A DNA stretch of 64,000 nucleotides from an uncultured Enterobacteriaceae bacterium (GTDB lineage: Bacteria > Desulfobacterota > Binatia > Bin18), in the NCBI GenBank assembly GCA_964495015.1, contig CAZBUD010000007.1, positions 21,462-85,461 on the forward strand, written 5' to 3'. A program made the translations under genes and the position numbers. Numbering within the stretch: the first letter of the stretch is position 1; the number at the start of each line of letters is the position of its first letter. The notes beneath the pieces are model-generated. The model was not told where the DNA came from. It made no database searches and saw nothing but the letters and a program-made list of their open reading frames with translations. This document shows, piece after piece, positions 9,995 to 18,816 of this stretch.

Positions 9995-10348
9995 ATGATC
10001 CTCATTAGAAATTCTCAGCGGTGGTCAGTTGGTCTGAATCTCGGTATCCCCGGACTCCGTCACCTGCCCGAGAGGATTGGGCACTTGACGAATTTACGGC
10101 GGCTCAAAATAGAGAACAATCAGCTTAGGAGCCTTCCCGACAGTATTGGGCAGCTGAGGAATTTACGGTGGCTCAGCATCAGGGGTAACGCGCTTGCGAG
10201 CCTGCCAAACAGCATTGGCCAGTTGACGAATTTGCAGCTCCTCAGCGTCTCCGACAACCAGTTCACCAGCCTGCCGGAGAGCCTCGGGCAGTTAACACGA
10301 TTGCAGCGGCGCAACGTCTGTGCCAGTCAGCTCACGAGTCAATGCTGA
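9995..10348 (+). CDS. Small leucine-rich repeat (LRR) protein
   Basis: Four 23-aa units of the form LP.SIGQL.NL..L.....N.L.SLP. The last unit decays (NVCASQLTSQC*), so this may be a fragment. Confidence 0.6.
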   Translation: MILIRNSQRWSVGLNLGIPGLRHLPERIGHLTNLRRLKIENNQLRSLPDSIGQLRNLRWLSIRGNALASLPNSIGQLTNLQLLSVSDNQFTSLPESLGQLTRLQRRNVCASQLTSQC

Positions 10349-10694
10349 AGCGGCAACTTCTGTTTCCGGATACGTTTTCGTGCGGATGCATAACAATGAG
10401 GACGAGGCGTTCTTCAGCAAGTATGGTGCAGCCCTGGGGCCGACGATCCAGGCCCATCAAGGGCGCGCTATAGTTGCTTCCGCAAGCCCAGAGATCCTTG
10501 AAGGACTATGGGGGAACAACTGGACTGTCGTGCTTAAATTCCCTTCTGTTGAAGAGGCCGCAGCTTCGTATAAATCAGCAGAGTATCAAAAGGTCATTCC
10601 GTTCAGGCATACGGCCTCAGAGTACACCAATATAGTCGTCCTCGAAGGGTATTCCGGCCTGCCGCCAACGCCAGGCTGGAAGAAGAGCAAATAG
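10320..10694 (+). CDS. DUF1330 domain protein
   Basis: GRAIVASASPEILEGLWGNNWTVVLKFPSVEEAAASYKSAEYQKVIPFRH matches the DUF1330 pattern (..lEG.w....vviEFPS.e.A..wy.S.eYq...). GTG start overlaps the LRR ORF by 29 nt in another frame. Confidence 0.75.
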   Translation: MPVSSRVNAEAATSVSGYVFVRMHNNEDEAFFSKYGAALGPTIQAHQGRAIVASASPEILEGLWGNNWTVVLKFPSVEEAAASYKSAEYQKVIPFRHTASEYTNIVVLEGYSGLPPTPGWKKSK

Positions 10695-11039
10695 GAAAAT
10701 GGGGAGCTTTTAGATACAACCAGAGCCGAATCTTCTGACGAGGCTCAGGCACGCCTTCAACGGGGCTCGGGACAGGTCTCCCGGTGGAAGAAGTAAAGAA
10801 TGGTGGGGTACGTGTCCAGGTTAAAAGTGTGCGCTTTCCTCACCGAGTGATAAATTTCCCGGCTACATAACAACGCCCCATAAAGGGGCTGAAAGCTGGC
10901 GTCAGCCGGCGCTGTACAAGTAGCTTGGATTCATGTGCGGGGGAGAACGACGGCGTAATCAACGCATGATTTTAGAGTAAACACAATGACGCGGTGTTTC
11001 CCGCGCACCACGGAGGAGGTAAACGCGGTCTACCTTATA

Positions 11040-12218
11040 TCACGACCACGGCGTGCCATTCACCGGATCGCGCAGCAAACGCCGGGCGGCGGTCATGCGA
11101 TGGCCTTCGTCGGGGCCATCATAAATTCTGGCGTAACGCGCTTCGCGGTACATGAACTCTAACGGTGTATCGCCAGTCACGCCGAGTGCGCCGTGGACCT
11201 GGATCGCCCGGTCGACCACGTTGTGGAGCATACGAGCGCCCCAGAACTTGATGAGCGCAATTTCAACGCGCGCTTCACCCCCGGCATCAATAGCCTGTGC
11301 GGCATCTAAGGTCATCAAGCGCGCAGCCTGGATCTCCGCGGCGGACTCAGCGATATAACGCTGAATCTCGCCTTTTTCTGACAGCATTGAGCCATGGGAA
11401 AAGCGACACTTGGCTCGCTCGCACATGAGTTCAAACGCCCGCTGGGCCTGCCCCAGCCAGCGCATACTGTGAAAAATACGCCCCGGCCCCAAACGTTTTT
11501 GGGCAATCAGAAAGCCTTTACCACGCTCTCCTAATAAATTTTGTCGCGGCACGTGAACATCAGTGAGGCGAACCTCACAATGCCCTCCACCAGTATGGCC
11601 CATGGTCGGGACGATACGTTCGATGTTGTATCCTGGTGTGTCGGTCGGCACGATGATGGCCGAAAACTTGGCGTGCCGGTCGGCGTCCGGGTCGGTCTGA
11701 CAAAAGATGGTGGTAAAAGCGGCTTTGCTCGCATTCGAGGTGAACCACTTGTGACCATTAATCACCCAGACATCGCCGTCAAGTTCGGCTTTAGTTTGCA
11801 TGAGGGTCGGGTCAGAGCCGGCCACCTCCGGTTCGGTGAGTCCTACTGAAGGCAGAATTAGTCCGGCAACCAAGGGCTTGAGCCAGCGCTCTTTCTGCGG
11901 CTCGGTGCCGTATAAATTTAACATGATGGAGTCTTGCATGGTGAGCGAGCCTACGGCCGCTTGGCCCCAATGCGAGCGGCCAATAATTTCGTTGAGATAC
12001 ACAAACGACATAAACGGTAGGCCGCCGCCGCCAATGTCTTTGGGATGCCCAAGGGCCCAAATGCCCTCGTCTTTGGCTTGCTGTTTCAGACTTTCGAGGA
12101 CCTGGACCGATTCCTCATCATCTTGGTGTAGAATAGGCTCAACCGGGACGACCTTTTCATTGATAAATGCCCTGATATGGTCGCGGTTTTCGCGGACTTC
12201 TGCTGGGATGCTTGCCAT
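11040..12218 (-). CDS. Acyl-CoA dehydrogenase family protein
   Basis: 392 aa with the full three-domain ACAD pattern, ending in ..RIYDGPDEGHR. Confidence 0.9.
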   Translation of the reverse strand: MASIPAEVRENRDHIRAFINEKVVPVEPILHQDDEESVQVLESLKQQAKDEGIWALGHPKDIGGGGLPFMSFVYLNEIIGRSHWGQAAVGSLTMQDSIMLNLYGTEPQKERWLKPLVAGLILPSVGLTEPEVAGSDPTLMQTKAELDGDVWVINGHKWFTSNASKAAFTTIFCQTDPDADRHAKFSAIIVPTDTPGYNIERIVPTMGHTGGGHCEVRLTDVHVPRQNLLGERGKGFLIAQKRLGPGRIFHSMRWLGQAQRAFELMCERAKCRFSHGSMLSEKGEIQRYIAESAAEIQAARLMTLDAAQAIDAGGEARVEIALIKFWGARMLHNVVDRAIQVHGALGVTGDTPLEFMYREARYARIYDGPDEGHRMTAARRLLRDPVNGTPWS

Positions 12219-12302
12219 GTCTTTCCTCCCTCATTGAACACGGACTGACATAATGGAACAACTATAGACTGTCAGGTACAAGAGTCTACAAAGGAGCCAG
12301 CT

Positions 12303-13172
12303 ATGAGTGTGTTAGAGGGTGAATGGGAAGAATGGCGGCGAATTCTGCACCACGGGGATGAGGAATGGGTGCGGCCGGATCACGACCAACTCGTTTTGGC
12401 TGACGGTCGTACTATTGCAGAGACCGAAGCGATTTATCTGCCCCCGTGCAACCCAACTAAGATCATTTGTATACACCTCAACTACGACTCTCGCCGAGCG
12501 GAGTTCGGTGTACCCACACCGCAAACACCAACCTATTTCCAGAAACCACTCAGCGCTCTGAATACCCATAAGGGACGACTGCACCGCCCGGCGAATTGCC
12601 GGTAGCTCAACTACGAAGGGGAAATCGCCGCAATCGTGGGTAAGCCGATGCGTAATGTCCCACAAGAAGAGACCTGGTCGTATCTGGCCGGATTCGCTGC
12701 GGCCAATGACGTCGGCTGTCACGACTACCGTGATACTGATGCCGGCTCTATGTTGCGGGTGAAGGGTATGGACGGCTTTTGTCCGATTGGACCGGGCATT
12801 GTGAGCGGAGTGGATGTTCGGGAATCACTCATCCGGACGTATCTGAATGGGGGAGTCGTTCAAGATGCCCTCGTGTCGGACATGATTTTTGGCATTGATT
12901 ACCAGCTGGCTGATCTGTCTCGGCATATGACCCTGATGCCGGGCGATCTCATTCTGACAGGCACCCCGGCCAATTCACGGCCTATGCAGCCAGGAGACGT
13001 CATTGAAGTTGAGGTTTCCGGTTTGGGACGGCTGATGAATACGGTTGCCGAACGGCCGACTCCAACTGAAGCTGTCGGACATCAACCCACTCGCTCGGAG
13101 GCCGTTCGCCGGGTGGCGCTGGGTTCGGACTTGGATGCCAGCCCTGCCAGCCGTGCTAGTATTGACGACTGA
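12303..13172 (+). pseudogene. Fumarylacetoacetate hydrolase (FAH/HpaG-like) family gene interrupted by an in-frame TAG at 12603-12605
   Basis: ORFs 12303-12605 and 12636-13172 share one frame. The read-through gives ..HRPANCR*LNYEGEIAAIVGK.., and the family signature (l)DYEGElavvIGK starts directly after the stop. A good AAGGAG RBS precedes 12303. Confidence 0.8.
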
Positions 13173-13251
13173 TACGTATTTTCCACTTGACTCATTAGAA
13201 CTCAAGTGGGATGCTGCAGACATCACAGTAATTTGAGAGGGAGGGCAGGCT

Positions 13252-13941
13252 ATGGGCTTACCAAATGGCGTTCATCATCTGGCGATTTGCACCAAGGATA
13301 TGAAGGGACAAATCGAGTTTTTTACACAAGTTGTCGGTATGGAGCTGGTTGCACTGTATTGGATGCACGGGGTGAAAAACACCTTTCACGGCTTTGTGAA
13401 GATGGGTGACAGTTCGTCGATCGCCTTTGTCCAAGGACCCGAGAGCGGTGAGATCCAACCCCAAATGGGCGTATCCCACCCTAGCTGGACAGCGGGCCTC
13501 GTGGCGCCCGGTACGGCGCAACATTTGGCGATGAATGTCGACACCGAAGAGGACTTGCTGGCCATGCGCGATCGCGTTCGTTCGCACGGACACTGGGTCA
13601 TGGGCCCGCTGGATCATGGCTTTTGCAAGTCGATCTATTTTGCCGGGCTAGAAGGTATGATGCTCGAATTCGCGACTTCCGAGGGGGAAGCGATTGATGC
13701 CGAAGCTTGGATTGATCCTGAAGTGGTCAAACTCAACGGCATTAACTTAGAAGAGTTAGCAACGTATAAAAGTCCGCCGGCATTCGAATCACAACGTGGT
13801 AAGGTTGCAAACCCCGAGGTGGATTTGAATAACCCGCCGATGCAGTTCCCGCCGGGAGGGGAAGTCGTGTATAGCATGTCGGATGAGGAAGTGACTTTGA
13901 AGATGAGTGAGACCACGCCACCGGTCCAACCGAATTCCTGA
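13252..13941 (+). CDS. VOC (glyoxalase/bleomycin-resistance/extradiol dioxygenase) family protein
   Basis: N-terminal VHHLAICTKDMKGQIEFFTQVVGMEL is typical of the VOC beta-alpha-beta-beta-beta module. RBS GAGGGAGG. Confidence 0.85.
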   Translation: MGLPNGVHHLAICTKDMKGQIEFFTQVVGMELVALYWMHGVKNTFHGFVKMGDSSSIAFVQGPESGEIQPQMGVSHPSWTAGLVAPGTAQHLAMNVDTEEDLLAMRDRVRSHGHWVMGPLDHGFCKSIYFAGLEGMMLEFATSEGEAIDAEAWIDPEVVKLNGINLEELATYKSPPAFESQRGKVANPEVDLNNPPMQFPPGGEVVYSMSDEEVTLKMSETTPPVQPNS

Positions 13942-13982
13942 CGAATCGCTCGTTACCCGTTCTCACTGAATAGAAAATCTCA

Positions 13983-14017
13983 GTCCGGTGCAGAGTCGTT
14001 TCGGCTCTGCACCGGAC
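13983..14017 (+). terminator. 13-bp perfect stem-loop downstream of the VOC gene (no U-tract)
   Basis: GTCCGGTGCAGAG-tcgtttcgg-CTCTGCACCGGAC, 42 nt after the stop. Confidence 0.35.
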
Positions 14018-14090
14018 ATAGTGAGATCCACTTGTATGCCTGTTCACGTGCTTATTCAGGCGTACCCTCGTCTTTGCCACAGGAGGGCAT

Positions 14091-14771
14091 ATGGCAGCAC
14101 CGCACGATGGTCCACAATCACGGCTAATTGCCGTCAATGACTTTGAATGGCAGGAACGACAGCCAGGCGTGCAGGCACGCAACCTGTGGGCCGACGGAGA
14201 AAACAAGAGGCTGGCGATTATGACGCGGATAGCGCCTGGCCTGCAAATGCCCACCCACAAGCACGCTGGTGATGAGTTGGTCTACATCATCGAAGGGTCC
14301 TTGTCAGACGAGTTTGGGACGATAACCGCAGGGAATATGGGCTATCGACCAAACGGCTGCGTGCATACCGTTTCCAGTACCACCGGGGCAACTGCCATTG
14401 CGGTCCTGACCGGTGGCACAGAACCGGCGACAGAACGTGGCGATGCTCCAGCGTCCCAGGTCTTTACACTTAGTGAGCTGGAGTGGGTCGAAGCGCGTCC
14501 GGGCATTCGCCTCAAACACATTTGGGAAGATAAGGCAGCCGAGCGTCGAGTGTCGCTCGCCCGATTTGAGCCGGGTGCAGTCTTACCGCTGCATCGGCAT
14601 AATGGCGATGAACTCATTTTCTTAATTGAAGGCGAAAACGCAGATGAGTCCGGAGCTGTACCAACCGGCAACCTGAGCTATCGTCCCAGCGGGTGTACGC
14701 ATACGGTCACAACCACAAACGGAGCCACCGCTCTGAATTTTTCGTGGGGTGGTGCCGAGATGCTGGAGTAG
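14091..14771 (+). CDS. Bicupin protein (ChrR-like cupin domains)
   Basis: Two tandem cupin halves, each with P.H.H.G.E...I.EG...DE....G....RP.G..H. RBS AGGAGG. Confidence 0.7.
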   Translation: MAAPHDGPQSRLIAVNDFEWQERQPGVQARNLWADGENKRLAIMTRIAPGLQMPTHKHAGDELVYIIEGSLSDEFGTITAGNMGYRPNGCVHTVSSTTGATAIAVLTGGTEPATERGDAPASQVFTLSELEWVEARPGIRLKHIWEDKAAERRVSLARFEPGAVLPLHRHNGDELIFLIEGENADESGAVPTGNLSYRPSGCTHTVTTTNGATALNFSWGGAEMLE

Positions 14772-14796
14772 AGGATCGAGTAGTCATCCGTCGCTC

Positions 14797-15537
14797 TTAT
14801 AGCCCGAGACTCATTCCTCCATCAGCGATCAGCATTTGGCCTGTTAGATAGGACGCCAGCGGGGATGCCAAAAATAGCGCGATGCCGCCCATATCTTCAG
14901 GCGTTCCCCAGCGCTTCATAGGAATAGATTCGAGTGAATCCTCGTATCTGCGAGGATGTCCCCAGGTCACTTTAGTGATTTTCGTTGCAATGAGACCGGG
15001 AGCAATGCCGTTGACGCGAATACCATCCCCAGCCCAGGCCTCTGCGAGCGTCTTTGTTAATGTCACCAAAGCGCCCTTGCTGGCGCTATAGGCGGGATTA
15101 CCCAGCACGGAAAAAAAGCTGGCTCCAGAGCCGAGCATAATAATCGATCCGTGCGTTTTTGCCAGCATGTGGTGGAACTTGGTGCAGCTGCTCATAACGC
15201 TCATCAAATTGACATCCAGGACACGCCGGAACGTTGGCATTTGAAACTCGGCCCGCTTGTATTCCACAGTACCCTGTGACGCGACGAGGACGTCCAGCGA
15301 ATCAAATGGCGGCTGTAGCGATTGTACGCTACTATCGCTCGATATATCCCACTGAAAATAGGTTAAGCCTGTGAGGTCCGACCCTTCCTCGTCTGCATAG
15401 TCTGCAGCAGACGGTCGTGTGCCGCACACAAAAACCTGTGCACCGTGATCGCGAAACTGCCGGGCAATGCCGTTTCCAATACCGCTCGATCCGCCGATAA
15501 CTAGAACGGTTTTGTTGCTAAAATCAACTTCGTTCAT
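14797..15537 (-). CDS. SDR family oxidoreductase
   Basis: TGxxxGIG cofactor motif (VIGGSSGIGNGIA) and YxxxK (YSASKGAL). Confidence 0.9.
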   Translation of the reverse strand: MNEVDFSNKTVLVIGGSSGIGNGIARQFRDHGAQVFVCGTRPSAADYADEEGSDLTGLTYFQWDISSDSSVQSLQPPFDSLDVLVASQGTVEYKRAEFQMPTFRRVLDVNLMSVMSSCTKFHHMLAKTHGSIIMLGSGASFFSVLGNPAYSASKGALVTLTKTLAEAWAGDGIRVNGIAPGLIATKITKVTWGHPRRYEDSLESIPMKRWGTPEDMGGIALFLASPLASYLTGQMLIADGGMSLGL

Positions 15538-15697
15538 TGCTGTTGTCCCCTCTCCTGATAATCGGCCCAGCCTATCGGGAGTTGCTATACCGGAAAAGGG
15601 TAGGGGCTCGACTCGTTGAAAGGTTGCATCACAGCTGAGATACAGGCATTTAGGATGGCGCAGGGTGCAAAAGCCAAATTCTCAAAAGGAGGCCAGT

Positions 15698-16225
15698 ATG
15701 GCATTACCGCAGGATATTCGGCCGATTAATAGCGAATTGATGGATTCAATAACCCAGTCTTCGGATCAAGATTGGATCCCGGACCCGGGCGACCCCGACC
15801 GAGCGTTTATGAAGGTCCTCTGGACCGGAGAAGAAAGCGGCCGTTGGCTGGTGCATTTCCGCTGGCTGAAGGGCTATGTTGCACCCCCGCACAAGCATCT
15901 GAGCGCTGCGCATACGTATATTCTTTCTGGCAAGCTCAAAGTGCGAGGCGGCACTTTCAACGCTGGGGACTATGTCCATGAAGCAAACGGTATGGTCCAC
16001 GGAGCCACGACAGCGCTGGAAGATACAGAATACTTGTTTATGTGCGACGGGCCGGTCATCTTCTTCGGGAAAGACGAGTTTACCGGCTATCTTGGTTGGG
16101 AAGAGATTCGTCGCATGCAACAAGAGCATGAAGCCTCGAAGAAGAAGGCTGCAGCACGGAAAAGAATAGCCTCAAAGAAGAGGGTCACTGCGAGAAAGCG
16201 GACGGCTAAGAGGAAAGCGGCATAA
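15698..16225 (+). CDS. ChrR-like cupin protein with a Lys/Arg/Ala-rich histone-H1-like C-terminal tail
   Basis: Cupin core (PPHKHLSAAHTYILSGKL...HEANGMVHG). The last 30 aa are ASKKKAAARKRIASKKRVTARKRTAKRKAA. ATG at 15698 follows AAGGAGG. The maximal ORF starts at 15665. Confidence 0.7.
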   Translation: MALPQDIRPINSELMDSITQSSDQDWIPDPGDPDRAFMKVLWTGEESGRWLVHFRWLKGYVAPPHKHLSAAHTYILSGKLKVRGGTFNAGDYVHEANGMVHGATTALEDTEYLFMCDGPVIFFGKDEFTGYLGWEEIRRMQQEHEASKKKAAARKRIASKKRVTARKRTAKRKAA

Positions 16226-16248
16226 TTTGACAGACTGAGAGAGGAAAA

Positions 16249-16290
16249 GGCCCAGAAATCGTTCAACGGTATTCTGGGCCGTTTTATTTG
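16249..16290 (+). terminator. Rho-independent terminator
   Basis: GGCCCAGAA-14 nt loop-TTCTGGGCC followed by GTTTTATTTGG, 24 nt after the cupin stop. Confidence 0.7.
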
Positions 16291-16596
16291 GTTTCTTAAT
16301 GGTACCTATTGATTCAGTGGTCGGTCATGTATCTGGTCTCTGTTGAGGAAGCGCAAACGCTCCTAAATCAGCTGATTACCGAAGATTTGGCTTGTGAAGG
16401 GATCGTTATATCGTGGAAGGGGACCGAATTTTGGTCAAGATCGTTGTCGTGCCTGAGGGTCGTAGACAGCGACGCTTGGGAGGGGCGAAGGGGGTAATTC
16501 GGTACATGGCCGATGAATTTGACGGCCCACTCGAAGGTATCTTGGACTAGGGATAGCAACCTATCGAGGTCACCTGAATCGAGATACATTCGGTCC

Positions 16597-17283
16597 ATGT
16601 CAGAACATGTGACTCCTCCGCCGGCGGCACCCTCTGCCACGGTTATTGTCCTCCGAGATGTAGACAGCGGCATGGAGGCGCTCTTATTACGGCGTAACTC
16701 GAGAATAGCCTTTCACGGTGGAGCCTGGGTCTTCCCTGGTGGGCATATTGATCCGGAAGATCAGTCGCCCGATGCTCCTAACCACATGCTCGCGGCAGCG
16801 CGGCAGGCTGCTGTCCGAGAGGCGTATGAAGAAGCCGGCTTGACACTGTCCAAAGAGAAACTGTTGTATTTTTCGCATTGGACGACGCCTCTGAGCAGGC
16901 CGAAGCGCTTCTCGACTTGGTTTTTTATTGCCCAAGCCGGCGACGAGGCCGTTCAGGTAGATGGCGGAGAGATTCATGACCACGAATGGATGCGACTTGA
17001 CGATGCTCTTGCGGCGCGGCAGGCTGGAACGATCGAGCTGCCTCCCCCGACGTTTGTCTCTCTGACAAAACTCGCGCCGTTTACTAGCGTCAGCTCCGCG
17101 CTGGATCATGTGCGCATATGTGAACCTGAGATGTTTTTTCCCAAGCTTGAAAAAATAGACGACGGCTATTGCTCCATCTACCAAGGTGACGCCGGATACG
17201 AATCTGCGAATGTGAACGAACCAGGCGCGCGTCACCGCTTGTGGATGCTCAAAAGCGGCTGGCGGTATGAGCGCGGAGAGTGA
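16597..17283 (+). CDS. NUDIX hydrolase
   Basis: Nudix box: GGAWVFPGGHIDPED...AAVREAYEEAGL. The maximal ORF starts at 16513. The internal ATG at 16597 gives an MSEHV.. N-terminus. Confidence 0.85.
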   Translation: MSEHVTPPPAAPSATVIVLRDVDSGMEALLLRRNSRIAFHGGAWVFPGGHIDPEDQSPDAPNHMLAAARQAAVREAYEEAGLTLSKEKLLYFSHWTTPLSRPKRFSTWFFIAQAGDEAVQVDGGEIHDHEWMRLDDALAARQAGTIELPPPTFVSLTKLAPFTSVSSALDHVRICEPEMFFPKLEKIDDGYCSIYQGDAGYESANVNEPGARHRLWMLKSGWRYERGE

Positions 17284-17763
17284 CGGGGAAGCGAAACATA
17301 ACTCTAAGAAGCATGCAAAAATTCATCCGATAGTTATCTTGAAAGAAGGTCGGACCAGTCTGTCCGAAGCCTGAGCACGAAGCCATAATAATTTTCGCAT
17401 TGCGCTTGGTCAGACTTTCACAGTCGAGGCCGAGACGGCCCATCACACCTGGAGCGAAGTTTTCGACGACCACGTATACTTTAGCAATCAAGCCCTTGGC
17501 GATTTTCATCGCGTCCGGCTTCTTGAGGTCAACACACAGACTTTTTTTCCCGCACAGGTGTAAAGAACCATGGAACCTGGACCATCTGCGACAGGAAATA
17601 TGCTCCGGCCGAATTCACCCCTCGGGGCAGGCTCAAGCTTAATGACCTTAGCTCCGAGATCGTTCAAAATGCGTGTACAGGTTGGTTTGGCTAAGGCAGG
17701 TGAAAAAACAGGGACAGTGAGGCCTTTAAGTAGTTTTGAACGGTCTGTCGTCGCTTCTGCCAT
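17249..17763 (-). pseudogene. Family III CoA-transferase (CaiB/BaiF-like) remnant, frameshifted and 3'-truncated
   Basis: ORF 17506-17763 encodes LKGL.V..F....A.P.CT.IL.DLGA.VIK.EP. After a run of 7 A (T7 on the plus strand, 17542-17548) the family sequence continues in another frame: GKKSLCVDLKKPDAMKIAKGLIAKVYVVVENFAPGVMGRLGL...SGFGQTGP. Similarity ends after about 125 aa of an expected ~400. Confidence 0.75.
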
Positions 17764-17862
17764 GTAAATTCCGCCTTTGACCGATTGGACGACCCGCGTC
17801 TTTCTCTATATAGCTCGTGTGGACGTGTCAAAAGTAAGGTCCAACGCAAAAAGGACAAAGCT

Positions 17863-18774
17863 ATGCGTATTGGTATGATGATAGGTGAGGGGGCGGGCGA
17901 GTCGCCCAACATGGATGAAGTGATTCGACGTGCTCAGCGGGCTGAGGAGGTGGGACTCGATACAGGCTGGCTGGCGCAAATTTTTTCACACGATGCCATT
18001 AATTTGCTTGCCTTAGTCGGTCGAGAGACCAAACGCATTGAACTCGGGACTGCGGTCGTACCGACGTATCCGCGCCATCCTGCGGTGATGGCCCAAGCCG
18101 CGCTGACTACGCAAGCTGCCTGTCAGGGGCGTTTTACCCTCGGTATCGGACTCTCGCATAAGATGGTGATCGAGGGCATGTATGGCCTGCCGTACAAACG
18201 CCATATGGCGCATATGCGGGATTATTTGAATGTATTGAAACCGATGCTGCGCGGCGAGGCGGTGAAATATAAAGGTGAAGAATACCGGGCTAATATGGAA
18301 GTTGCGGTAGCAGGCGCTGTCCCTGTCCCGCTCGTACTTGCCGCGCTTGGGCCGAAAATGCTTGACTTGTGTGGGCGTGAGGCAACTGGAACCGTTACCT
18401 GGATGGCGGGTCAAAAAGCGCTGAAAGAACATGTCGTGCCGCGTATTGCAGTGGCAGCTAAAGAGGCCGGTGCCCCTGCGCCACGCGTCATTGCCGGGGT
18501 GCCCATGGCCATTACCAATGACCGAGATAAAGCCCTCGAAGTTGCGGCGCGGGTATTTGCCATTTACGGCCAGCTGCCCGCCTATAGAAATATGCTGGAC
18601 CGGGGCGGAGCAAAGGATCCGGTTGAAATGATTCTGGTGGGAGAACCGGGTGGCGTACAGGACGAGGTCAAACGCCTAGAGGATATCGGGGTCACAGATC
18701 TGTGCGCGTTCGTATTTCATGCTGATGATAGTGCGTATGAGCGAACGATCGATTTCTTGGGCTCACTGAACTGA
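17863..18774 (+). CDS. LLM-class (luciferase-like) oxidoreductase, probably F420-dependent
   Basis: MRIGMMIGEG...EEVGLDTGWLAQIFSHDA...ELGTAVVPTYPRHP fits the LLM TIM-barrel pattern. ATG at 17863 is preferred over the maximal ORF start at 17785. Confidence 0.85.
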   Translation: MRIGMMIGEGAGESPNMDEVIRRAQRAEEVGLDTGWLAQIFSHDAINLLALVGRETKRIELGTAVVPTYPRHPAVMAQAALTTQAACQGRFTLGIGLSHKMVIEGMYGLPYKRHMAHMRDYLNVLKPMLRGEAVKYKGEEYRANMEVAVAGAVPVPLVLAALGPKMLDLCGREATGTVTWMAGQKALKEHVVPRIAVAAKEAGAPAPRVIAGVPMAITNDRDKALEVAARVFAIYGQLPAYRNMLDRGGAKDPVEMILVGEPGGVQDEVKRLEDIGVTDLCAFVFHADDSAYERTIDFLGSLN

Positions 18775-18816
18775 GTGTGGATTGGTTTCTGTTTCTTATG
18801 TGGTAGGACGAGCATC

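Noticed and set aside
12603-12605. The TAG in the FAH gene as a pyrrolysine or genome-wide stop-codon reassignment
   Set aside because: TAG clearly terminates other well-conserved genes in this window at the expected protein ends (for example the GDPD gene at 6500-6502 and the ACAD at 7229-7231). No pyl genes or suppressor tRNA are visible.
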